64,000 nt of DNA from the NCBI GenBank assembly GCA_033764015.1, contig JANRJK010000013.1:192001-256000 (forward strand). The letters are read 5' to 3'. The position numbers and the translations under genes are program-made. This DNA comes from Candidatus Sumerlaeia bacterium (lineage in GTDB: Bacteria > Sumerlaeota > Sumerlaeia > SLMS01 > JANRJK01). Of the stretch, positions 8,888-17,977 are shown piece by piece; the stretch's first letter is position 1; every line of letters starts with the position of its first letter. Under the pieces are notes generated by a model. That model had not been told where the DNA came from and did not search any database. It worked only from the letters and a program-made list of their open reading frames with translations.

Positions 8888-11800
8888 ATGCGCCGCACCA
8901 CCGCCTGCTTGCTCAGCGCCTCGCTTCTTCTCCACTCCGCCCTTCCGTCCGCGACGATCATCTGGAGCGGCAACGGCGACGGCACCCGCTGGTTCGACGC
9001 CAATAACTGGTTCCCGCCGGCCGGGAGCTCGACTCCCCGCGTGCCGCTCGCCAGCGACGATGTGCAGATCGTGGCACAGACGAACGAGACCGTGGTCATC
9101 GATGTCGCGTCCGCCTTCGCGCGAAGCATCGATACCGGTGGCGATGGCAGGCTCACTATCGCCACGGCCCTCCTGCTGTCGGACACGGACACGACCTCGA
9201 CGATTTCGATGCCTGTCACGCTCGAGCAAAGCGCCACGCTCACGAGCTTGGATCCTGTCGTGTTCGCCGAGCGGGTCACGTCGAACGGCGGCATCCTCGA
9301 TGGACAAAACGAGGGCGAGTTCATCCTCCAGAAGCAGCTCATCATCAACCGCCCGGCGCCGTTCCAGCGCGGCCTCGCCATCAACAATGCGGACGTGCTC
9401 TGCAACGGCGGCGCGGAGTGGTTCGCCGGCGAAGTCCAGCTCTCGGACACGAACTTCATCGGCACCGCGTCGGAGCTGCGCTTCCCCTTGGGCACCACGC
9501 TCGAGATCGGTCCCGGCGGCGTGATGTCCGGCGGCACCCTGCGCATGGAGGAGGGCTCTTTCGTTGTCATGCAGAACCGAACTGAGGAGGCACGCATCGA
9601 CTCGCTCCTGCTCGCGACGGGCGCCACCTTCGGGCGCCTCGGAGGCCCCGGGCGCCTCCTCCTCTCAAACCTCGTCGCGGAGGAGTGCAACCTCGATGGC
9701 GTGATCATCACCGAAAGCGCGAGCTTGCTCTCTCCGCTGATGCAACTCACGGACTGCACCATGAGGGACATGCGCGTGGAAGGGCGCGGCGAGTCCATCC
9801 AGCAGTCCCTCAAGCTCACGCTCGTTGGCCTGACGCTCGTGGATGGGCTTGTGATCCACACAACCTCCATCCGGCCCGACAACGAGCTGGCAACGGTTGA
9901 GGTCGTCGGGGGCAGCAGCCTGCTCGCGAGCAATTTCGGCGAGTCTGCGAACTCCGAAGTGACGATCGACAATGGGCGCATCATCGGCTCCGGGACGCTC
10001 GAGATCGAGACCGGCTCCGAGCTTGACGTCGCCGACTCGCTGGACGTGCCGGGCACCAAAAACTTCCTCACTGCGCCGACCCAGGTATTCGGACTGCTCC
10101 ATGTGCCCCGGTTCCACAAGATCACCGATCCGACCGGCGCGACCACGCCCCGCGTCACCATCGAGAAAGGGGGCGTCCTCCGGGCCCAGCGCGAAACCAA
10201 TGTGGAGCTCTCCGTCGACTGCCATGGCGCCATCGAAATCGGGAACCTGACGGACCCCGGCCCCGTAGATCCGGACCCGGATCGGGTCGTCACCTGCACC
10301 GGCAAGTGGCAGATCCTGCCCGGCGGAACGGCGGAAGTCGCCGAACTGACACAGTGGTTCTTCAGCGGCGGCAGCGTGACGAGCAGCACCTCCCTCGAGG
10401 TGCCCGGCGGCGGCAAAGTCACGCTCGGCGAGGGCTCCGAACTAACTGTCGCGAACGGCAACCTCTTCGGCGAGCTGATCGCGCCCCCCTCCGCCTTCTT
10501 CACCGTGGACCGCGGCCGCTTCCGCATCCGCAACGGTTCGCGCTTCGACCCGCAGGACGTCGAGATAATCGGCGAAAACTTCGAGAACAACAACGAAACC
10601 TTCGACCCGGAACTCATCATCGAGGCGCCCTTCACCATCCCGCGCCTGCGCATGAGCGGCGACTGCAACATCTCCGGGCCGCCGGTCACGGTGACGGAAT
10701 TCCTCAGCATGAAGGGCGGCGAGCTGAAGATCCCGGGCGGCGACTTCACGCTCGCGGCCACCGCCACCGCCATCCTCAACGGCGAATTCACGAGCACCTC
10801 CGGAATGGCCGTGCGCATCGGCAACGGCACGCGCTTCATGAACCGCGGCGCGATCACCTGGACCAGCACCTTCGCGCCGATCTTCCGCAGCACCGCGACC
10901 GCGTCCTTCGTCAACGAAGGCACGATGCTCCTCGACACGAACGACAGCACTTTCGGCAGCGGCGCCTTCATCAACCGCGGCACCATCGAGAAGGTCGGCG
11001 CGCTCACCAATTCCGTGCTCCGCGACATCCTACACGAGTCCGGCCTCATCGAGAACGAGGCCGGCCGCCTCGTGCTCAGCGGCGGCGAGCTGCGCGCGCA
11101 GGTCCGCACTCTCGAGACCGGCCGCACCGCCGGCAGCAACGGCGTTCGCCTCACGGAGGGCTGCGCGCTCACCGGCGACGGCACCTTCGGCATCGATGCG
11201 GAGGTCTTCGTCGAGGCCGACGTGCCCGCGCGCAACGTCGTCATCGACAACGGCATCGGCGTGCTCCGCGGCGCAGGGAACATGCTCGTCGATGGCGAGT
11301 TCCGCTGGGCCGACGGAGACATCAACATGGGCGCCACCGGCGGCCTCACGATCCTCCCCGGCGCCACGCTCCTCATGGAGCCTGCGGACCCGCTCGCGCT
11401 GAACAACTTCTGGCGCAGCGGCATCATCGACAACTTCGGCACCGCCATCTGGTCCGACGCAGGCAATGCGAACCTCTTCGCCGAGAAGCCCGCCGCCTTC
11501 AACAACCGCGACACCGGCGAGTTCTTCATCAATGGCCGCGGCCGCCTCTTCTTCACCACCAACGAGGCCAACCGCATCTCCGTCGCGAACGAAGGGGTTC
11601 TCCTCCGCGGGCCCGGCGCCGCGCGCCGCGGCGACACCGGTCCCGACGAGACCGGCCTGGGCTTCAACCTCACGAACTCCGGCGCGATCACGCTCGAATC
11701 CGGCCTCGCCCGCGTGGAGGGCACGTTTGTTCAGAACGGCGGCGAGCTGAACTTCAACGGCGGCAGCCTCCAGCACCTCGGAATCGACAGCAACGGGGCC

Positions 11801-12973
11801 CCCGTCCTCCAAACCGGCGCGATGCAGTTCAACGACGGCGCCATCAACGTCAACGCGCCCGGCACGATCATGGGCGAAGTCCGCGTGAACGGCGACACGG
11901 AGGTGCTCATCAACGGCACCACTTGGATCATCGCCGGCAAGTTCGGCATCGAGGGCGTGATGACCGTGATCGACGGCAAGGTCGTCCACTTCAGCCAGGG
12001 GCTCGACGGCTTCCCGTCGCCGCAGCAGGAACCCGCGCTCTACGAAGGCTCGCTCTTCGTGCGTGTCGGCTTGCTGGGCTTTGGCAGCGAGTGGTTCGGC
12101 GATGTCACCTTCACGCCGCAGAGCTTCACGGAGGTCGTCGGCGCGAGATTCCTTGTGGCGGGCGCGTTCAAGGGCCTCGGCCGCATGAGGTTCAATGGCA
12201 AGTGCGAGCTCCAGCACTTCGGCCGCGGCGTGTCCGCGCCCGGGGTTGCGTCGGCGACGCGCGGCGCCACCGCCCCCCAGGAGGAACCCGCGATCTACGC
12301 CGGCGAAGTCACCGTGGAAGGCGAGGGCGGCACCATCAGCGGCGAGGCGGTCCTCACGACCTCTGCGACTCTCCGCGTCGAGGGCGCGCCGTTCGTCACC
12401 GAAGGCCCGCTCACCATCGAGGGCCAGGCGATCCTCAACGGCGGCACGCTCACCAACAAGGGCCGGACGCCGGGAGGGGATCCCGCGCCGCAGGCGGAGC
12501 CCATCATCCTCCGCTCCGCGACTGTCCAGGTCACCGCGGACAGCGAGATCGACGGCGACATGACGCTGGAGGGTACCGCGAACCAGTTCGTGGTGAAGCC
12601 CGGCGCGACGCTCACGGCGGCGGTGACGCAGCTCGACCTCACGAGCGCCGCGCTCACCATCGAGACGGTCGGCGGCGCCACGCCCCGCGCGGGAAAGCTC
12701 AAGGCCCGGCGCCGCTCGCCGAATCGCGGTGGGGACGGCGAGATCGTGCTTGGCGGAGTCTTCAACCTCTCGTTCGTCGGCACCCCGGAGCAGCCGATGC
12801 CCCCCAACACCACCTTCCGGGCGGTCGAGGCGGCGGCGCTGACGGGCTCCTTCGGAAGCGTGTCCGGGCTTACGGTGCCTGGGGGCACTTTCGCAACATC
12901 GCAGGGACCGACATTCTTCGCCCTGACTCTCGGCGGCCCGAGCTCAGCGACAAACGGCTGGTTGCTCTACTAA
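8888..12973 (+). CDS. Large secreted beta-helix (autotransporter-passenger-like) protein without beta-barrel; ends SSATNGWLLY
   Basis: GGAGGT RBS then MRRTTACLLSASLLLHSALPSA signal; IWSGNGDGTRWFDANNW start; many G/N/T-rich beta-strand repeats (FxNxGT, NSGAITLESG); no C-terminal barrel or TM helix. Confidence 0.78.
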   Translation: MRRTTACLLSASLLLHSALPSATIIWSGNGDGTRWFDANNWFPPAGSSTPRVPLASDDVQIVAQTNETVVIDVASAFARSIDTGGDGRLTIATALLLSDTDTTSTISMPVTLEQSATLTSLDPVVFAERVTSNGGILDGQNEGEFILQKQLIINRPAPFQRGLAINNADVLCNGGAEWFAGEVQLSDTNFIGTASELRFPLGTTLEIGPGGVMSGGTLRMEEGSFVVMQNRTEEARIDSLLLATGATFGRLGGPGRLLLSNLVAEECNLDGVIITESASLLSPLMQLTDCTMRDMRVEGRGESIQQSLKLTLVGLTLVDGLVIHTTSIRPDNELATVEVVGGSSLLASNFGESANSEVTIDNGRIIGSGTLEIETGSELDVADSLDVPGTKNFLTAPTQVFGLLHVPRFHKITDPTGATTPRVTIEKGGVLRAQRETNVELSVDCHGAIEIGNLTDPGPVDPDPDRVVTCTGKWQILPGGTAEVAELTQWFFSGGSVTSSTSLEVPGGGKVTLGEGSELTVANGNLFGELIAPPSAFFTVDRGRFRIRNGSRFDPQDVEIIGENFENNNETFDPELIIEAPFTIPRLRMSGDCNISGPPVTVTEFLSMKGGELKIPGGDFTLAATATAILNGEFTSTSGMAVRIGNGTRFMNRGAITWTSTFAPIFRSTATASFVNEGTMLLDTNDSTFGSGAFINRGTIEKVGALTNSVLRDILHESGLIENEAGRLVLSGGELRAQVRTLETGRTAGSNGVRLTEGCALTGDGTFGIDAEVFVEADVPARNVVIDNGIGVLRGAGNMLVDGEFRWADGDINMGATGGLTILPGATLLMEPADPLALNNFWRSGIIDNFGTAIWSDAGNANLFAEKPAAFNNRDTGEFFINGRGRLFFTTNEANRISVANEGVLLRGPGAARRGDTGPDETGLGFNLTNSGAITLESGLARVEGTFVQNGGELNFNGGSLQHLGIDSNGAPVLQTGAMQFNDGAINVNAPGTIMGEVRVNGDTEVLINGTTWIIAGKFGIEGVMTVIDGKVVHFSQGLDGFPSPQQEPALYEGSLFVRVGLLGFGSEWFGDVTFTPQSFTEVVGARFLVAGAFKGLGRMRFNGKCELQHFGRGVSAPGVASATRGATAPQEEPAIYAGEVTVEGEGGTISGEAVLTTSATLRVEGAPFVTEGPLTIEGQAILNGGTLTNKGRTPGGDPAPQAEPIILRSATVQVTADSEIDGDMTLEGTANQFVVKPGATLTAAVTQLDLTSAALTIETVGGATPRAGKLKARRRSPNRGGDGEIVLGGVFNLSFVGTPEQPMPPNTTFRAVEAAALTGSFGSVSGLTVPGGTFATSQGPTFFALTLGGPSSATNGWLLY

Positions 12974-13042
12974 GGGGCTGCAAACCTCGCGAACCTCAAG
13001 ACTCGCGGAAAGTCCGAGGCGGAGAAGGGAATTCAAGGCGAG

Positions 13043-13072
13043 GGGGGCGCCAAGGGCCGGCGCCCCCTACTT
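13043..13072 (+). terminator. Possible intrinsic terminator hairpin
   Basis: Stem GGGGGCGCC / GGCGCCCCC with 7-nt loop downstream of the 12973 stop; only a weak U-tract (TACTT). Confidence 0.35.
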
Positions 13073-13168
13073 CGCGATACCCTAGGATCACTTGTCAGCG
13101 CTGTCCGTTGCGCCGATGGTGACCTGCATTTCGCACCGAGGTGTCCGCCCCAGCACCTAGAGGCCCCA

Positions 13169-14401
13169 ATGATGCCCGACATCGAAAGGGACCTGCCGTC
13201 GTCCTGCGATGTCCCCGTCCCCGGGGACCTGCCGCACGATTCGCTGGTTTCCCACAACCCGCACAAGTCGCGCTTCACGCTGCGCGGCGGCCCGGACGAC
13301 GCGCCCGAGACCGGCGTCGCGGAGCACTTGGAAACGGAAGCGATCCCGGCGCAAAGCCCCGTGCCGCAGTGGCCCGACGACGATTCGGCCGAGACGCACT
13401 CGCCGCCGCCGGACCTCCCGGTCGCGCCGGAAGTCGCGGAGCAACCCGGCGCGCCGCCGAAGTCCGCCCGGCGCCACCGCCTGGTGCGCCTGATCGGGCG
13501 CGGCGGCTGCGGCGAAGTGTGGGAGGCGGTGCAGATCGAGTTGGACCGCCCGGTGGCGGTCAAGACGCTCCGCCAGGACCGGCTGGTGGAGTGCGCGGAC
13601 AGCGGCGAGCGCGCCATCATGGTGCGCAACTTCCGCGAGGAGGCGCTCGTTTCCGCGCGCCTGGACCATCCCAACATCGTGCCGGTGTACGACTACGGCC
13701 TCGGAGGGAACGGTTCGCCGGAGCTGTCGATGAAGCTGGTGCGCGGGCGCCAATGGGACCGCCTCATGAAGGACGAGCGGGGCCGGGCCGGCTTCGACGA
13801 TTTCCTCGCGCGGCACCTTCCCGTCCTCTCGGATGTGGCGAACGCGGTGGCCTTCGCGCACTCGCGCGGAATCGTCCACCGCGACATCAAGCCGTCGCAG
13901 GTGATGGTCGGCGACTTCGGCGAAGTGCTCCTGATGGACTGGGGCCTCGCGATGGTGTTGGACGAGGACGGCGGCGCGGCCGAGGCGGAGGTGGACGACG
14001 ACCAGCCCTCGTGGTTCTCGCTACCGACGCGCGCGAACGCGAGCAGCCCCGCCGGCACGCCCGCCTACATGGCGCCGGAGCAGACCCGCGGCAAGGCCAC
14101 CGGCGTCGGCGTCTGGACCGATGTGTACCTGCTCGGCGGATGCCTGTACTATGTGCTGACCGGCGTGGCGCCGCACGAAAGCGCGCAGTCGCACCAGGCG
14201 TTCATGCGCGCGGCGGCGGGCGATGTGGAGGACCCCCGCACGCTCTTCCCCCGCGCCGGCATCCCGGACGACTTGGCGGAGCTGGCGCTCGCGTCGCTCG
14301 CCGCGGATCCCGCCGCGCGGTCTCCGCACACCGAGTGCCGCGCCGCTTCGAGGTCCAGCTCCAATCGCTTGACGAGAAGGTCCGCATCGTTTCGCCCGTA
14401 G
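13169..14401 (+). pseudogene. Ser/Thr kinase paralog truncated at the end of the kinase domain (no TM/TPR)
   Basis: GRGGCGEVW, VAVK, HRDIKPSQ, DWGLA, GTPAYMAPEQ; similarity to the two paralogs stops abruptly after ADPAAR (~14320), followed by an unrelated low-complexity tail. Confidence 0.7.
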
Positions 14402-14454
14402 CTGATAATGATGCTGCATGGCGTCGTTGCCTTGCGTACCGCCGTCGCGACCAT
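14320..14454 (-). pseudogene. TIR-domain gene remnant (first ~45 codons only)
   Basis: GGAGG RBS then ATG at 14454: MVATAVRKATTPCSIIISYGRNDADLLVKRLELDLEAARHSV(CGD), matching the TIR betaA-alphaA-betaB pattern (FISY.r.D....a..L...Le..G..VW.D); then runs into antisense kinase sequence. Confidence 0.6.
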
Positions 14455-14695
14455 CGCGATGCCTCCGGATTCGTGCGACTGGTCCCGCGCCTCCGCGGCC
14501 GATGCAGCGAAGGAGGGTGAATTGTTCAACCCGATTCGGTTGCGCGCGGCCCGGTGGCCGAGGCGGGAGGCCCCGTGTGCCGACCATCGCATGCTCGCCG
14601 TTTCCCGTTGTCTCCCCCCAGGGGCGTTCCCAAAACCTGCGCGTTGACTCCCCGAGCCAGCAGCGCCCTCCCTCTCCCCAGCTCGGCGAGCGAAA

Positions 14696-17600
14696 GTGGA
14701 CCACATGCTCGAGCCGCAGGATGGACCGCCGAGCGACCCGGGTTTATCCTGGGCCGCCGCCACACACACCGCCGCCAAGACTGGTGCCGCGCCGCCGTTC
14801 CGCACGGCTGCGCACCCGGTAACGCTGGCAACCCTCGCACCGAGTCCCGAGGCTCCCGGTTCCGCGCCCGCGGCGCAGGAGCGGGAGCAGACTGCGGCGT
14901 ATGGGCTGCGCGAGCGCATCGCCGTTGGAGGCATGGGCGAGGTGTGGGAGGGCGTCCAGCTCAGCCTTGGGCGCATCGTCGCGATCAAGCGTATCCGCGA
15001 AGACCGCATGCACCGCGCCCGCGACGGTGAGCGCGACCGGCTGTTCTGGGACTTCCGCAGCGAGGCGCTGGTGGCGGCATGGCTGGAGCACCCGAACATC
15101 GCGCCGGTGTACGACTTTGGCCGCGATGCGGACGGCGAGCCGATCTTGACGATGAAGATGGTGCGCGGTCGGCCGTGGAGCGAATTGCTCCGCGAGGACC
15201 GCGAGAGCCTCGGCATGGAGGAGTACCTCGCGAAGCACATCCCTGTGTTGGTTTCGATGGCACAGGCGGTCGCGTTCGCACATTCGCGTGGCATCGTGCA
15301 CCGCGACCTCAAGCCGTCGCAGGTGATGGTGGGCGAGTTTGGCGAGGCGCTGCTCATGGACTGGGGCCTTGCCATCCGATTCGGCGAGACTCCGATGCAG
15401 CCCACCGCGACGGTGGGGGCGGATGCCGTGCCCTCGCCGGACACCGCCACGAATCCGGCGGGGACGCCGGCCTTCATGGCTCCGGAGCAGACGGAGCCCG
15501 ACGCGCGCGGCGTCGGTCCCCACACGGACATCTTCCTGCTCGGCGGCACGCTGTACCACATTCTCACGGGTGCGTACCTCTACGATTCGGCCCGGGGCCC
15601 CGGGGCCGTCGCCCAGGCGCGCGAGTGCCGCGTGGTGCCGCCGGCGATGCGCACGCCTGGGGTGGCGCTGCCGGAGGAGCTCTGCCAGATCGCCATGACC
15701 GCTCTCGCGCGCAAGCCCGGGGAGCGGCAGCCATCCGCGCGCGCGTTTGTGGCGCAGCTTCAGGACTATCTCAGCGGCGCGGGTCGGCGCCGACACGCGG
15801 ACGAGCGTGTCCTCGCGGCGGAGTCGTGCCTTCGCCGCACGCCGCGGGGCTATGCGGACCTGGCGGAGGCGGCGGCCGCGCTGGACGAGGCGGCCCGTCA
15901 CTGGCCCTCGCACACGGGCCTCGCGCCGCTGCGCGAGGCATGCCTTGCGGCGCAGGCGGAGCTGGCGCTCGCGCAGGGCGACCTGTCCTTCGCGCGCGTG
16001 CAGGCGCGGGCGATGGCGCAGGGGGAGGCGCGCACCGCGCTGGAGCGCCGCGTGGACACGGAGGAACGCGCACGGGGGCGGCGGGCGCTTCTGTTCCGCG
16101 CGGCGGCGGTGGCCGTAGTCGCGATGGCCCTCGGGACCGCCTTCATCAGCGTCCGCCATTCACGCGAGATGCGCCAGAAGAACGAGGAGCTGAGCGCGCA
16201 GAAGGCGCTCGTGGAGCAGGGACGCGCGCAGGCGCAAGCGAGCCGCGAGGTTGCGCTCACGCAGTACCGCGGCACGGGCCGCCTCGTGGGGTTCATGCTG
16301 AACGATCTTCAGGGCTCGCTCGACAAGGAGCTGCCGCGCGACCGCGAGATCGCCCAGACGGTGGCCAGGGGGACCTCGGAGTACTACCTCGGTGCGGGGA
16401 CGGATGCGTTCGATGACGACCTGCTCGCGGAGCATGCGACTCAGCTCCTCGCGATCGCGCGCGCGTACAAGGACCTCGGGCTCCCCGAGGATTCGCTGAT
16501 GGTGGGCGAGAGCGCGGCGGAGATCCGTGCGCGCCTGTTCGGAGACGAGTCGCCGGAGTACGGCGAAGTGCTCTCCGTGACCGGCACCGCGCGGGAGGAA
16601 CTCGGCGACCTGGCCGGTGGGCTCGCGGACCTGCGGCGTGCCGTGGCGCTGACGGAGCGGCTGCCCGCCGGCGACATGCGGCGCTTCGGCGCGGTGAGCA
16701 ACCTCGCGGCGCACCTGTGGAGCCAGGGCGAGCTGCCCGAGGCGCTTTCCCTCGCGGAGGAGGCGCTGGCGCAGGCGGAGGCGCTTCCGCAGGACGATAC
16801 GCGCCCCCTCTTCCATGCGCTCGGGACAGTTTCCGGCACGCTGGTGGCAATGAACCGCCTCGACGAGGCCATGCCGATCCTCGACCGGCAGGAGGCGCTC
16901 ATCGCCGCCCACCCGGAGGGCCGCGAGCGAGACCTGATCAGCCTCCTGTTCACCCGCGCGAATGCGCTCCGCATGGGCGGCAAGCCGCCCGCGGAGGTGC
17001 TGGTGCCCCTCGAACGCGCGCTCGCCCTCGCGCGCACGCACCAGGGCCCGGACCACCCGGAGACCGACATGTTCGCGAACAACGTTGCCCTCATGTGGCA
17101 GCGCATGGGCCGCACGGAGGAAGCGCTCGCCGCCCACATGGATGTTTTCGAGCGCCGGAAGCTGCGCTTCGGCGAGGGCCACCGCGACACGGCCATCTCC
17201 ATGAACAACATCGCCTTGCTGCTCGACGACCTCGGGCGCGACGAGGAAGCGATGGATTGGCTGGACCGCGCCATCGCCTCGATCGAAGACACCGCCGGGC
17301 CGGATTCCGCGGACATCGCCGGCATGCTCGCCACGAAGGGCAGCATGCTATCCGAGCAGGGGCGCCTCGACGAGGCGGAGCCGCTATCCCGCAAGGCGAT
17401 TGCGATCAGGGAAGCCAAACTTGGCCCAAGCCACCCGGCCACCATGAACGCCCGCACCACGCTCCTCAAGGTATTGATGGAGAAGGCGCGCCTCGCGGAC
17501 AGCACAGGGGCCGATTCCGCCGCGCTCTGGGGCGACGCGAAAGCGTGCCTGGCCGAGTACCTCGACGCGACGCGCGGCGTGCCGCCGATCGCCGCCGCGA

Positions 17601-17767
17601 TGTCCGAGGTGCTGCTACGAACCGGGGATCTGGAACTCGCGCGCGAGCAGGCAACCGCGGCGGCGGGGGGTGGTTTCGGCAGCTCCCCCGAGGACCCGGA
17701 TCAGGCCCGCTTTCTGACGATCTGCGAGGAGTTGGGCGTCACGCCTCCGGCGCCGCCGGAAGAGTGA
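14696..17767 (+). CDS. Membrane Ser/Thr protein kinase with kinesin-light-chain-like TPR repeats
   Basis: GGMGEVW, VAIK, HRDLKPSQ, DWGLA, GTPAFMAPEQ; TM LLFRAAAVAVVAMALGTAFISV; repeats GPDHPETDMFANNVA, GEGHRDTAISMNNIA, GPSHPATMNA. Confidence 0.92.
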   Translation: MDHMLEPQDGPPSDPGLSWAAATHTAAKTGAAPPFRTAAHPVTLATLAPSPEAPGSAPAAQEREQTAAYGLRERIAVGGMGEVWEGVQLSLGRIVAIKRIREDRMHRARDGERDRLFWDFRSEALVAAWLEHPNIAPVYDFGRDADGEPILTMKMVRGRPWSELLREDRESLGMEEYLAKHIPVLVSMAQAVAFAHSRGIVHRDLKPSQVMVGEFGEALLMDWGLAIRFGETPMQPTATVGADAVPSPDTATNPAGTPAFMAPEQTEPDARGVGPHTDIFLLGGTLYHILTGAYLYDSARGPGAVAQARECRVVPPAMRTPGVALPEELCQIAMTALARKPGERQPSARAFVAQLQDYLSGAGRRRHADERVLAAESCLRRTPRGYADLAEAAAALDEAARHWPSHTGLAPLREACLAAQAELALAQGDLSFARVQARAMAQGEARTALERRVDTEERARGRRALLFRAAAVAVVAMALGTAFISVRHSREMRQKNEELSAQKALVEQGRAQAQASREVALTQYRGTGRLVGFMLNDLQGSLDKELPRDREIAQTVARGTSEYYLGAGTDAFDDDLLAEHATQLLAIARAYKDLGLPEDSLMVGESAAEIRARLFGDESPEYGEVLSVTGTAREELGDLAGGLADLRRAVALTERLPAGDMRRFGAVSNLAAHLWSQGELPEALSLAEEALAQAEALPQDDTRPLFHALGTVSGTLVAMNRLDEAMPILDRQEALIAAHPEGRERDLISLLFTRANALRMGGKPPAEVLVPLERALALARTHQGPDHPETDMFANNVALMWQRMGRTEEALAAHMDVFERRKLRFGEGHRDTAISMNNIALLLDDLGRDEEAMDWLDRAIASIEDTAGPDSADIAGMLATKGSMLSEQGRLDEAEPLSRKAIAIREAKLGPSHPATMNARTTLLKVLMEKARLADSTGADSAALWGDAKACLAEYLDATRGVPPIAAAMSEVLLRTGDLELAREQATAAAGGGFGSSPEDPDQARFLTICEELGVTPPAPPEE

Positions 17768-17848
17768 CAGGGGAGAGCTGCTGAGGACCCGTCCTGGTCC
17801 TCGCCGTCGCTGGGTCTCGCGAACCTGGAGCACTCCATCGAGTCTCCT

Positions 17849-17872
17849 AGCCAGCGTTCGCCTGGCTGTTTT
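17849..17872 (+). terminator. Possible intrinsic terminator
   Basis: AGCCAG..TTCG..CTGGCT followed by GTTTT between convergent genes. Confidence 0.3.
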
Positions 17873-17977
17873 CGAGGTTGGGCAAGGCAACCATCTCGCT
17901 CGACCTCCGCTGCCGTCACCCCTCGGGACATCGAAGCATGGTTCGCATTATGCAGCTGCGTTGCTTAGGAGAGTGCT

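Noticed and set aside
8497..11724. 1075-aa ORF antisense to the beta-helix gene (also 1845-4613, 5325-7826, 31043-32620, 60712-63324 and similar)
   Set aside because: Shadow ORFs expected from high GC3 codon bias; Ser/Pro/Arg-rich with no motifs, and the opposite strand has clear family signatures.
8888..12973. Classical type V autotransporter
   Set aside because: No ~300-aa C-terminal beta-barrel; the protein ends shortly after the passenger-like repeats.
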